From the NCBI GenBank assembly GCA_011364985.1, contig RDOC01000001.1, forward strand, positions 358,532 through 422,531: a stretch of DNA of 64,000 nucleotides, written 5' to 3'. Shown in pieces: positions 19,699-28,664 of the stretch. The translations under genes were made by a program, and so were the position numbers. The stretch's first letter is position 1. Each line of letters starts with the position of its first letter. The DNA is from Candidatus Thorarchaeota archaeon. Its GTDB lineage: Archaea; Asgardarchaeota; Thorarchaeia; Thorarchaeales; Thorarchaeaceae. The notes beneath the pieces are model-generated. The model saw nothing but the letters and a program-made list of their open reading frames with translations. It was not told the DNA's origin and ran no database searches.

Positions 19699-20780
19699 AC
19701 AGCATGATATTCGTGCCTGATTCTACAGGTTCCTTCATGACCCACCATGCAAGGACCGTACGGATTATCCGGAACACATCGTTTTCCAAAGAGAGGACAG
19801 TCGGATGGATCAGCAATTCCAAGAATGACATCATGGCACCTGCATCCTGGCATGATATCAATTGATTCGGTTGGTGGAAAACTGAACCGAAGCCGAGCAT
19901 TAAAGGCCTCGTATTCTTTCCGCAGAAACAATCCAGATTCCTTGATTATTCCAAGACCTCTCCACGGTGCATCGTCAACCCTAAACACACTATCAAGGAT
20001 CTTTTGTGCAGCTAAATTCCCCTCAGGATGCACAACACGGGTATATTCGTTTTCGGACTCAGCACGTCCTTCCTTCTTTTGAAGAAGAATCATTCTGATT
20101 GACTCTAGGACATCCAAGGGTTCAAATCCAGCTGCCACGCAAGGCACTCTGTACATCTCAGCAATTGGTTGAAAAGCATTTGTTCCGATAATTGCGCTTA
20201 CATGCCCAGGCGTGATAAAGCCATCTACTGCAAAGCCTTCGAGATTGACAAGGAGATCCATTGCGGGAGGTATTATTTTCAATGAGGTCAGAATAGAGAA
20301 GTTGCCAGGAGGACTGCGAGATATCTCTGCAGCCATTGTAGGAGCAGTGGTTTCAAAGCCAACGCCAATAAACACGACTTCTCTATCAGGGTGGGCCTTA
20401 GCGATTTCTACAGATTCGGTGACTCCATATACTACTCTAACATCAGCACCGTTTGCGCGCTCTTTCACTAGCGATGATGATGTAGAAGGGACTCTCATCA
20501 TATCACCAAAGGTGGCAATAATGTGTCCTTGGCGCGCAAGCTCTATAGCCATGTCGACATCTTGTGCCGCGCACACGCATACGGGGCATCCAGGACCAGC
20601 AACAAGACTTATGCTTTCAGGCAAGAGAGAACGAATGCCATGACTGCTTATTGTATCTTCATGTGTTCCGCAGATATGAACGATTCTTATTTTGCTAGGC
20701 CTAGCAAGATGTTTAATCTCCTTGACTAGAGCCTTCGCATACTTAGCATCCCGAAACTTGCTCGTGTCCAGCATGAACAT
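19695..20780 (-). CDS. hypD: Hydrogenase maturation protein HypD
   Basis: CGTH, GPGCPVC, GFETT, PGHVS and GPCMV-x-x-EG-x-C motifs. Confidence 0.96.
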   Translation of the reverse strand: MFMLDTSKFRDAKYAKALVKEIKHLARPSKIRIVHICGTHEDTISSHGIRSLLPESISLVAGPGCPVCVCAAQDVDMAIELARQGHIIATFGDMMRVPSTSSSLVKERANGADVRVVYGVTESVEIAKAHPDREVVFIGVGFETTAPTMAAEISRSPPGNFSILTSLKIIPPAMDLLVNLEGFAVDGFITPGHVSAIIGTNAFQPIAEMYRVPCVAAGFEPLDVLESIRMILLQKKEGRAESENEYTRVVHPEGNLAAQKILDSVFRVDDAPWRGLGIIKESGLFLRKEYEAFNARLRFSFPPTESIDIMPGCRCHDVILGIADPSDCPLFGKRCVPDNPYGPCMVGHEGTCRIRHEYHAV

Positions 20781-20846
20781 CAATCAATAAAGCGGTGAAT
20801 GCGAATAAAAGGAAGCTTGTATAGCACTTGAAGAATCAGTAGGATA

Positions 20847-21173
20847 TTAGGATGAGCCATTGTCCTTGGTGACTTCGTCCAAGATCACCAGTGACTCACC
20901 TAATGAGATAGACAGCTTGCTTGCCAATTCTTTTGGTGTCACTTTCGGGTTTTTTGCGATAACATGATCCCTTGTATAACCAAGGAGACCAGCATACATT
21001 GGATTCCGTTGGGCTGTTTCAGTAAGAATATCCCAGAGGGGGTGTGTCTTGAAATCTCCCAAGTCTATTTCGATAAGGCGTGTCGATTTCTTGTTCCTTT
21101 TCTTTTGAGGGGTAGAAACAAGGGCGTCCTTTTGGGTTTCCATGGTATGCCTCGTGAGTCTATCTTGTTTCAA
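20847..21173 (-). CDS. Hypothetical protein with C-terminal HTH-like motif
   Basis: PKVTPKELASKLSISLGESLVIL. Confidence 0.6.
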   Translation of the reverse strand: MKQDRLTRHTMETQKDALVSTPQKKRNKKSTRLIEIDLGDFKTHPLWDILTETAQRNPMYAGLLGYTRDHVIAKNPKVTPKELASKLSISLGESLVILDEVTKDNGSS

Positions 21174-21428
21174 ATTTGCATCCCTTACCTATTCCCGGCG
21201 AAACGAAGGAAGCTGCTCTCTCCAAGATATGATACCTCTGTGATATAAGCATTAGGGCGTCATAGAGGCCTGTGAGAATGTTTCTAGTCAACGTCTAGGA
21301 AAGATACCTAAGAAATGTGGCAATGAAGATTTCGCATGAAAAGTCACATTCATGCCACGCAGCAAGGTTTAACAAGGGAGAATCTTGGAATACGTTGAGC
21401 CTCCTGCCTAAGGGGAGGAACTCGGAGT

Positions 21429-21734
21429 ATGAACCTATTGCCTCATGGCATCAGGAGAATAGTATTAGATGTATTGAAGCCTCACACACCGAGGCTTACA
21501 GATTTGGCCCTCATGCTTACTCGAGACGAGAGAGTCAATGGAGTAAACGTGACAGTAAAAGAGGTTGACGCAAATACCGAATCCATCACCATTACATTGG
21601 AAGGTGATGACCTTCAATTTGAGTCTATTAAGGAGATACTACAGCAGGCAGGCGCTGTGATTCACTCAATCGACCAAGTTGTTGCTGGTAAACGGTTTGT
21701 TGAAGAGGTGACACTACAACCGGAGAATTCTTAG
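21429..21734 (+). CDS. DUF211 family protein
   Basis: IRRIVLDVLKPH, GAVIHSIDQV-x-AG. Confidence 0.9.
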   Translation: MNLLPHGIRRIVLDVLKPHTPRLTDLALMLTRDERVNGVNVTVKEVDANTESITITLEGDDLQFESIKEILQQAGAVIHSIDQVVAGKRFVEEVTLQPENS

Positions 21735-21736
21735 CT

Positions 21737-22345
21737 TCAACGTCCTTCAAGCTGGTCCAGTAGCCGCTTGCTTTCCTCTTCGATTTTTCGCTGCACTAGA
21801 TTATGTATCTCCTCAACAAATGCAATAGGTACTATCTTTACAACGCTGCAAAGCCGATCTACGATTCTCTCGGCCAGCGCATTCGGAGAAACAACAGACT
21901 CCTTGATTATGCTTCGTACAACTTCTTCCCCGACACTGGATTTGACTACGGAGTCAATAACACTAGCTACTGTCCCTTCCGGATCCATGAAGAAAGGTAG
22001 TCGGCTAGTGTCGTACAAGACCGTGTAGCGCAATTTGTCGACAATGCTATCAGTGTACCAGTCTATACTGGACTCCTTCACGTCAAGGCGCTCTGAGAAT
22101 TGGGTCTTTGTGATCGGGTTGGGGTGACTCCAAGGATGGCGTGTTACTACATAAAGCGCTGCGCTGAAGAAGGAATCAACTTCTCTTGGCACTCCCTCTG
22201 AAGAAACATACCTGCGGATCAAATCCAATGCTATGTTCTCATATCTTTCATCAATTCCGTTCTGCTCATAGAACTCGTGAGCATCTCGTACAACACGCAC
22301 AACCACTTGTGGATTCACAACCATGCTCTTATCGACGTGCGTCAA
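21737..22345 (-). CDS. Protein with a single TFIIB/cyclin-box-like domain
   Basis: N-terminal half aligns by eye with repeat 2 of the TFB in this window. Confidence 0.6.
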   Translation of the reverse strand: MTHVDKSMVVNPQVVVRVVRDAHEFYEQNGIDERYENIALDLIRRYVSSEGVPREVDSFFSAALYVVTRHPWSHPNPITKTQFSERLDVKESSIDWYTDSIVDKLRYTVLYDTSRLPFFMDPEGTVASVIDSVVKSSVGEEVVRSIIKESVVSPNALAERIVDRLCSVVKIVPIAFVEEIHNLVQRKIEEESKRLLDQLEGR

Positions 22346-22447
22346 AGCTGGGGCACTCCTTCAGCCAAAGGCTATTACCAAACCGCAGAATACTGATTTA
22401 AGTACTTGTCCAAAGGAAGAAGAGGTGAGGCATTTTCGCGCCGAATG

Positions 22448-23020
22448 TCAACGAGCACGATAGGTCTTCTCCAGGGCCCATCGCAAAGTGCGTTCGATTT
22501 CCATGAATTGATCTTCACCGCTGAAATTCCTAATAACAACCTTCTGAAGAATGCCATCTTCTGCAACTACCTCAAAATCAAAAGCTTGAACCCAGTCGAT
22601 CTCACCACTTTCGACTCGCTCTCTGTCTTGTTGTTGATATTGCCCCAATATCCGTTCAACAAAGAACCTGGCAAAAGCTCCACGCTTAATGTCATAAAGG
22701 GCATGTGGTGAAGGGATTATTGTGATTTCGTTATCCTCCACCTGCATAGTTGCGAGTTCCAGATCACGAGCCTTATTGAACACAGCAGTAGATTTCGGCA
22801 ACACGACTGCTTCAGCTGTGGATTGAGGCATTGCTTCACTATGCTCTTCTGTAGCCCTAGTCAATGCAACATCGGCTGTTGAGAAGCTACCAGCTCCAAT
22901 AATCGTGTCAAGATTCTCAAGTATTTCCTCTATTCGTGCTGTCTTCTCTCTAAGATCCTCAAGTATTTCGCCCAATTCCTCTCTTAGCCCAACAAGGGCA
23001 CGAATATCGATGTTTTCCAC
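22448..23020 (-). CDS. Conserved archaeal hypothetical protein
   Basis: N-terminal coiled coil; C-terminal LRWALEKTY. Confidence 0.75.
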   Translation of the reverse strand: MENIDIRALVGLREELGEILEDLREKTARIEEILENLDTIIGAGSFSTADVALTRATEEHSEAMPQSTAEAVVLPKSTAVFNKARDLELATMQVEDNEITIIPSPHALYDIKRGAFARFFVERILGQYQQQDRERVESGEIDWVQAFDFEVVAEDGILQKVVIRNFSGEDQFMEIERTLRWALEKTYRAR

Positions 23021-23123
23021 TTGCCGACCTCGTTCTAACGATAGATGCCTTATTTCTGTTTACTTCACAAGTATTTTACAGCATGTATTATAGAAGAAGC
23101 CACATCTCTTCGACAATAAGAAA

Positions 23124-23357
23124 CTAATCTGCATCCACTGCTATCGCAAAATCAGGGCAGTGCATTTCACAGAGCCTACAGGCCATGCAGGCGTCCAGAT
23201 TGACTACTTCAGGTAGATAAAATCCTCGATTATCAACCTCCTTAGATTTCTCCAAAACACCATGAGGACAGACTGAAATGCAAATATGACACCCCTTGCA
23301 GAGGTTCTTGTCCACAACAACAGCATGAACTCTCTTGGGCAATCCTGATGTCTCCAT
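23124..23357 (-). CDS. 2x[4Fe-4S] ferredoxin (2-oxoacid oxidoreductase delta-like)
   Basis: CKGCHICISVCP and CMACRLCEMHCPDFAI. Confidence 0.93.
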   Translation of the reverse strand: METSGLPKRVHAVVVDKNLCKGCHICISVCPHGVLEKSKEVDNRGFYLPEVVNLDACMACRLCEMHCPDFAIAVDAD

Positions 23358-23457
23358 CTTGCGCAGAAAATCTTCTTTGATATAATGCTATTTATTTGAC
23401 ACCTAAGAGTCGGTGTTAAATAGCTAAGAACTACACTAGTTGAAGAAGGCATCGGCA

Positions 23458-24171
23458 ATGCTAAAGCCCTTTCTTGTGTTCATGTGCCCTAAGTGCAAGA
23501 ATTTCACAAATGCTCCTGTCGGACAAAAACGCAGGCGTTGCAGTTATTGCGGAAAAATAATAGACATAACTAAGGCGGCCACTGCAATCTTTGATAGTCC
23601 AGAAAAAGCATCAGCTGCAGTCAAGCAGTTCAACGCCTCAAGAGGAGGGGATGCATTTGACCAAGCAGTGCGGAAAACAAGGGAGAAAATGAAGGAGTTA
23701 ATTCCTCTCACAAAACTCCGTGCATCAGATGTAAAGAGCAACCTTAGGCAGGACCTTCCCTCTGGGAAAGCAAGACGATTGATGCGCCTTCTAGAGAATG
23801 AGGCAACCGAGAAAGCGTGCACACTTGACAGAATTGAGCTTCTCTGTGCTGAGTATCAGTTGGACTGGGCATGGGTCGAACATCAGCTAACGAAGCTGGC
23901 CAATCGAGGAGTTATCGTTTTTCCGCGACCATGGTCAATCAGGCTTGTTCAGATAGCTTCAGCAAGCAGTAAATCGGACCTGAAGATTGATGCTTCAAAG
24001 GAGATTATTGTGCTCTTGAAGAAGGCAGGCGGCGAGATGCTTTTCGATGAGATTGTGAAGCATTTTGCCTTAGCAGATGTCGGCATCGACTCCGTGGAGG
24101 AATCTCTTGACCATCTTATGAGCCGAGGAGAGATTTACGAGCCCAAGTCAGGAATGATAAGTCTGATATGA
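23458..24171 (+). CDS. Zinc-ribbon (DUF1922-like) protein with C-terminal winged-helix domains
   Basis: CPKC...CSYCG; LTKLANRGVIVFP and LDHLMSRGEIYEPKSG. Confidence 0.7.
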   Translation: MLKPFLVFMCPKCKNFTNAPVGQKRRRCSYCGKIIDITKAATAIFDSPEKASAAVKQFNASRGGDAFDQAVRKTREKMKELIPLTKLRASDVKSNLRQDLPSGKARRLMRLLENEATEKACTLDRIELLCAEYQLDWAWVEHQLTKLANRGVIVFPRPWSIRLVQIASASSKSDLKIDASKEIIVLLKKAGGEMLFDEIVKHFALADVGIDSVEESLDHLMSRGEIYEPKSGMISLI

Positions 24172-24212
24172 GATTGGAGACATTGAATCAGTAGCCGAAG
24201 GCGGCGTTTGAT

Positions 24213-24602
24213 GTGCCAGTAGTAGAGATTGTAGCAAAGAAGGCTCTAGCAATGAATCCAGAGCTTGACCTAGAAGTTGTGGATTTGATTGTTCTTCTTT
24301 GGCTCTACTCAAATCCATATGAAAGCAAAAGGCGGCAGCTTAGTAGCATGAGAAATGTTCTGAGAATGTGTGAGGCATTTCAGACTCCAGGAAAGGGAAT
24401 CGAATTTTCAGAAGAGGAGTTGACTCAAGTAGTTCTAGGTAGCTTACAGAGACTGAAAAGCAAAGGACTAGTTTATGTGACATCAGCAGGAGTACACTAC
24501 ATTAAGGGGACTCTCACGGAAAAAGGGCAGCAGCTTGTAGATAGATCTATTTCCACATCCAATCTAAAGCGCGTCACTGAGGAATTTGGGAACAATCCCT
24601 AG
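24213..24602 (+). CDS. Winged-helix domain protein
   Basis: LQRLKSKGLV...TLTEKG wing motif. Confidence 0.7.
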   Translation: MPVVEIVAKKALAMNPELDLEVVDLIVLLWLYSNPYESKRRQLSSMRNVLRMCEAFQTPGKGIEFSEEELTQVVLGSLQRLKSKGLVYVTSAGVHYIKGTLTEKGQQLVDRSISTSNLKRVTEEFGNNP

Positions 24603-24638
24603 GCGTGTTTTAAGCCCTCCTACAACATTTCGCAACGC

Positions 24639-24645
24639 TTATATG
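24639..24645 (+). promoter_or_regulatory. Putative TATA box for the downstream candidate ncRNA
   Basis: TTATATG about 25 nt upstream of the 5' end of the predicted terminal helix. Confidence 0.45.
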
Positions 24646-24663
24646 CAGAGTACGCTCGGCACA

Positions 24664-24785
24664 CCTGTCGCTCTTAAGAAACGGCTGTTTTGGAGTCATG
24701 GGAGTCAGTGCAGGCGCCTGATTCTGCTCGCGGACATGCCTGTATACGTGTGCCCGATGATTCTGGAGTGGCTGGCAGCGATAAG
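24664..24785 (+). ncRNA. Candidate structured ncRNA of unknown family
   Basis: 7-bp terminal helix, 18-bp G-U-rich helix and an apical junction with two small hairpins; intergenic. Confidence 0.45.
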
Positions 24786-24804
24786 AATCTGCATCTCTAA
24801 GCCA

Positions 24805-24812
24805 TAATATAT
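24805..24812 (+). promoter_or_regulatory. Putative TATA box of the ribosomal protein operon
   Basis: TAATATAT about 35-40 nt upstream of the rpl22 ATG. Confidence 0.45.
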
Positions 24813-24845
24813 GGTAAAGAGAAGAAAACCGGAAGGTTAGCCGAC

Positions 24846-25310
24846 ATGCCGACGTACGGATACAGCATCATAGGCATTGACCCAGATAGAACAGCAGTAG
24901 CCAGTGGTAGAAACATGCGCTGTTCCCCGAAGCAGAGCAGAGAGATCTGCAAAGCTATCCGGGGAATGATGCTTGACAGGGCCATTGAGCTTCTCGAAGA
25001 TGTGATTCAGGAGAAAGCTTGGATTCCTTATCGACGTCATAAGAAGAAGAGAGGACACCATTCAGGAATGAAGAAGTGGGCTGCTGGCGGACATCCGGTC
25101 AAAGCCTCAGAGAACATCTTGAAGATACTGAAAAATGCAGAAGCCAATGCGGATAGCAAAGGTTTGGACATTGATAGGTTACGGATAATACATGCGGCCG
25201 CCTCAAGGGGTAGAACCTACAAGAAGTATATCGAAAGAGCATTTGGCAGAAGTAGTCCATACTTTAAGAACACAACACATGTTGAGATTGTTCTAGAAGA
25301 GGTGATTTAA
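24846..25310 (+). CDS. rpl22: 50S ribosomal protein L22 (uL22)
   Basis: SPKQSREICKAIRGM, NAEANA, RAFGRS. Confidence 0.96.
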   Translation: MPTYGYSIIGIDPDRTAVASGRNMRCSPKQSREICKAIRGMMLDRAIELLEDVIQEKAWIPYRRHKKKRGHHSGMKKWAAGGHPVKASENILKILKNAEANADSKGLDIDRLRIIHAAASRGRTYKKYIERAFGRSSPYFKNTTHVEIVLEEVI

Positions 25311-26224
25311 TGTCGGCGGTTAAGTACTTCATAGACCTGAATTCAAAGAAGCTGAAGATTGACGAGTTCTTAGCAAGAGAGTTGAATTCCGCGGGCTATG
25401 GCGGTGTTGATATTCGGAAAATGCCAATGCGAACCGAAGTCGTCATTCAGGCTTCCAGACCAGGAGTCGTTATTGGTCGACGTGGATCAAAGATCAGGGA
25501 ACTTTCGGAGATTCTTGAAGCGGAGTTTGATATTGGAAACGTGCAAGTAGAGGTTGCAGAAATCGAGAACCCATGGCTGAATGCACAAGTCATGGCATCA
25601 AGATTGGCTAGACAGCTTGAACGTGGTGTTCGATTTCGAAGGATGGCATACTGGATTCTCAGACGGGTCATGCGAGCAGGAGCTATAGGATGCGAAATCA
25701 TCGTAAAGGGCAAGCTCTCAAGTCGAAGAGCCCGCTATCAGAAGTTCAAGCAGGCAACTGTGTCCAAGACTGGAGAACCATCAGATCTGTTTGTTGATGA
25801 GGCTGACGATAGAGCGATTCTGAAGCCTGGGGTCATTGGCATAAAGGTGAGAATCATGCGACCCGACGCTAGACTCCCAGGAATTGTAGCTGTCAAAAGG
25901 CCAAAGCCGAAGGAGGCTGAGGCTCTGCAACTTGTAAAGCGTCCAGATGAGGAAATGGAAGTCGAAGATGTTGAGGCAGCTGTGGATGAGGAGCTAGAGG
26001 GAATCACAGACCTCGAAGAACTCAGAGAGCTCGAAGAGCTTGACGGACTGGAATTGGTCGAAGGAATATCAGATAGGCACGAAGAAGAGCCAGCTCACGA
26101 GCCCGAGCTCACCGAAAAGATTGAGGATTCCGAGGAAGTCGAGAATGCGCCAACCCCAGAGGAAACACAGGACGCTCTCAAAGAGCTGGACGAACTTGAT
26201 GATCTAGATGAGGGAGACGAATAA
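25310..26224 (+). CDS. rps3: 30S ribosomal protein S3 (uS3) with acidic C-terminal tail
   Basis: KH motif RPGVVIGRRG; GCEIIVKGK, GVIGIKVRI. Confidence 0.96.
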   Translation: MSAVKYFIDLNSKKLKIDEFLARELNSAGYGGVDIRKMPMRTEVVIQASRPGVVIGRRGSKIRELSEILEAEFDIGNVQVEVAEIENPWLNAQVMASRLARQLERGVRFRRMAYWILRRVMRAGAIGCEIIVKGKLSSRRARYQKFKQATVSKTGEPSDLFVDEADDRAILKPGVIGIKVRIMRPDARLPGIVAVKRPKPKEAEALQLVKRPDEEMEVEDVEAAVDEELEGITDLEELRELEELDGLELVEGISDRHEEEPAHEPELTEKIEDSEEVENAPTPEETQDALKELDELDDLDEGDE

Positions 26225-26226
26225 AA

Positions 26227-26433
26227 ATGCCTCAGCTTACAGCCAAGGATATTCGCAAATTAACATCGGCAGAACGTGAGAAGCGGCTAAACGAGCTCTA
26301 TAATGAGCTCTCTGAGATTAGGATACAGATGGCCACTGGCGGTGCAACTGAGAATCCCTATAGGATTCGTTACGTTAAACGGGCGATAGCTCGAATCTTA
26401 ACAATCCAGAAGGAAATGGAGAGTGAGGTCTAG
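26227..26433 (+). CDS. rpl29: 50S ribosomal protein L29 (uL29)
   Basis: ENPYRIR...IARILT; operon position. Confidence 0.94.
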   Translation: MPQLTAKDIRKLTSAEREKRLNELYNELSEIRIQMATGGATENPYRIRYVKRAIARILTIQKEMESEV

Positions 26434-26434
26434 A

Positions 26435-26719
26435 ATGGAGATTTCGCCAATGAATCTGCTCAATCATGAACTGATTGGACTTCAGACGGAAGTTATTCGC
26501 TCCAGTGATCCGGGCCTAGTATCACGATCAGGCACGATAGTAGACGAAAGCCGAGAGACCATTCTGCTCTCAACTACTGACGGAGCACTCATGCTTCCAA
26601 AAGCAAATTGCACATTCGATGTACATCTGCCCAATGGCGATGTCATACGCTTGGATGGGCAGTTGCTTCAAGGTACACCGGAAGACCGCTTGAAGAAACA
26701 TCGGTTAAGGAGATGGTAG
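26435..26719 (+). CDS. rnp1: Ribonuclease P protein component 1 (Rpp29/Pop4)
   Basis: HELIGL, GTIVDES and PEDRLK motifs. Confidence 0.92.
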   Translation: MEISPMNLLNHELIGLQTEVIRSSDPGLVSRSGTIVDESRETILLSTTDGALMLPKANCTFDVHLPNGDVIRLDGQLLQGTPEDRLKKHRLRRW

Positions 26720-26721
26720 TT

Positions 26722-27087
26722 ATGGCCAAGGAAGCAACGAAAGTTCGGAATATTGGGATTCCAAATGTGGAGACCCCAGAAAGGACTTGTGATGATGAGA
26801 ACTGCCCGTTCCATGGCAATCTTCCTGTTCGCGGAAGAATTCTGGAAGGCTTAGTGACAAGTGTGAAAATGCATAAGGCGATTACCTTTCAAACTGACTA
26901 CTTCAGCCTTGTAAAGAAATACTCACGTTATGAGAGACGTCGGTCGAAGAAACATGCATATCTTCCGCCCTGCATTGACGTGACTGTCGGGGACTTCGTA
27001 AAGGTAGTTGAATGTAGACCACTAAGCAAGACCATTTCATTTGTGGTAGTGTCAGTTACAAAAGCAGATACCGACGTGGAGGAGTAA
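26722..27087 (+). CDS. rps17: 30S ribosomal protein S17 (uS17)
   Basis: CPFHG-x-L-x-VRG, KYSRYERR, ECRPLSKT. Confidence 0.95.
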   Translation: MAKEATKVRNIGIPNVETPERTCDDENCPFHGNLPVRGRILEGLVTSVKMHKAITFQTDYFSLVKKYSRYERRRSKKHAYLPPCIDVTVGDFVKVVECRPLSKTISFVVVSVTKADTDVEE

Positions 27088-27090
27088 GAA

Positions 27091-27513
27091 ATGTCCAGAA
27101 AGGTTGGAAGAGGTATTCGTAAGTTTATCCCAAGGATTGCACGTGGCCTTCCCGTGGGTGCTAAAGTTCTCTGTGCTGATAATTCTGGTGCAAGGGAGCT
27201 TCAAATCATCACAGTTTTTGGATACAAAGGGAACCTGAGGAAGGTCGGGAAGGCAGGAGTTGGTGACAGAGTCAATGTGGCAGTCACAAAGGGAAAGCAG
27301 GAACTCAGAAAGCAAGTGCTCCAGGCAGTCGTTGTTAGGCAGAGAAAGCCCTATCGTCGCCCTGATGGAACTTGGATGCAGTTCGAAGACAACGCGGCTG
27401 TTCTGATCAAGCCTGGTGGTGAGCCACAGGGTTCAGAGTTGCGAGGACCAATGGCGAGAGAAGTCACTCTCAAGTGGCCCAGGGTCGCTGCGATAGCATC
27501 AAAGATAGTATGA
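27091..27513 (+). CDS. rpl14: 50S ribosomal protein L14 (uL14)
   Basis: CADNSGAR, FEDNAAV. Confidence 0.96.
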   Translation: MSRKVGRGIRKFIPRIARGLPVGAKVLCADNSGARELQIITVFGYKGNLRKVGKAGVGDRVNVAVTKGKQELRKQVLQAVVVRQRKPYRRPDGTWMQFEDNAAVLIKPGGEPQGSELRGPMAREVTLKWPRVAAIASKIV

Positions 27514-27524
27514 GGTTCAGGAAG

Positions 27525-27908
27525 ATGACAAAGAAACCGAGCTCCAAGTCTCCAAGAAAACAGCGGCGGAGAATCAAGGGTCCAATTCATTCGCACAAGA
27601 AGATGTTGAAATGCAGAATGGACGAGTTCCTTCATGAAGAATATGGCATTAGGTCTCTCGTACCAAAGAAGGGAGACCTCGTTCGAATAATGCGCGGTCA
27701 GTTCAGAGACACAGAGGGAAAGATAGTTGGAATAAACTATAGCAAAGTCAAGATTTACGTTGAGAACGCTACGACAACAAAGGCGGATGGCAAGGAAGCT
27801 CAGGTTCCAGTGCATCCCTCCAACTTGATGCTCGTTAAGCTTGAACTTGATGATGATCGCAAAAGAATACTTGAGAAGAAGATGATTGGAATGGCGGAGA
27901 GTGAATAG
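27525..27908 (+). CDS. rpl24: 50S ribosomal protein L24 (uL24)
   Basis: PRKQR, KGDLVRIMRG (KOW), VHPSN. Confidence 0.94.
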   Translation: MTKKPSSKSPRKQRRRIKGPIHSHKKMLKCRMDEFLHEEYGIRSLVPKKGDLVRIMRGQFRDTEGKIVGINYSKVKIYVENATTTKADGKEAQVPVHPSNLMLVKLELDDDRKRILEKKMIGMAESE

Positions 27909-28664
27909 ATGGCGCGAAGAGGTCAGAAGAAGCATCTGAAAAGACTGCCAGCGCCAAGGTACTGGCCAATTAAGAGGAAACATGGGAAATTCGCCACAAA
28001 ACCGAGTCCAGGGCCACATGCCAAGGAAGACTGTCTTCCTCTTGCAATTCTCCTTAGAGAGGTTCTAGGCTACGCGGAGAATATGCGCGAGGTCAAATCA
28101 ATTCTATCAACAGGACAGGTATTCGTAGATGGACGGCCTCGGAAGGATCCGAGGTATCCGGTTGGAATGATGGACGTCGTTGAAATCAGGAATTCAGGGG
28201 AACGTTTCAGACTCTTGCCGAAGATTCGTGGAGGACTTCGACTTGTGTCAATTGATGAGAAGGAGTCATCATACAAGCTTTGCCGCGTGGAGAAGAAAAT
28301 GATGATTCAGGGAGGGAAGCTCCAAATGACCCTCCACGACGGGCGTAATCTATTGCTTCCAGAAGGGACCAAGCCATCTGATTTCAGAACCTTGGACTCT
28401 GTCAAAATCGCAATCCCGTCACAGAAATACGAAAAATCCATCGCTCTTGAAAAAGGAGCATATGCAGTTGTAAGTCAAGGAAAGAACATCGGAATCGAAG
28501 GAAAGATCTTGGAAATTGAGAAACGTTTCGGGACAAATGCAAGTACCGTCACAATCCAAGACAATGAAGGAACCCAGTTCCAAACGGCTCTCGAGTACGT
28601 CTTTGTTCTAGGAAAGAACAAGCCGGAACTGGATACGGGCTCCGCTGGAGGTGCTGCTGAATGA
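27909..28664 (+). CDS. rps4e: 30S ribosomal protein S4e
   Basis: KHLKRLPAP, PGPH, PVGMMDV, LHDGRN. Confidence 0.96.
   Translation: MARRGQKKHLKRLPAPRYWPIKRKHGKFATKPSPGPHAKEDCLPLAILLREVLGYAENMREVKSILSTGQVFVDGRPRKDPRYPVGMMDVVEIRNSGERFRLLPKIRGGLRLVSIDEKESSYKLCRVEKKMMIQGGKLQMTLHDGRNLLLPEGTKPSDFRTLDSVKIAIPSQKYEKSIALEKGAYAVVSQGKNIGIEGKILEIEKRFGTNASTVTIQDNEGTQFQTALEYVFVLGKNKPELDTGSAGGAAE

Noticed and set aside
24586-24807. 73-aa ORF over the candidate ncRNA
   Set aside because: TTG start overlapping the previous gene and non-protein-like composition
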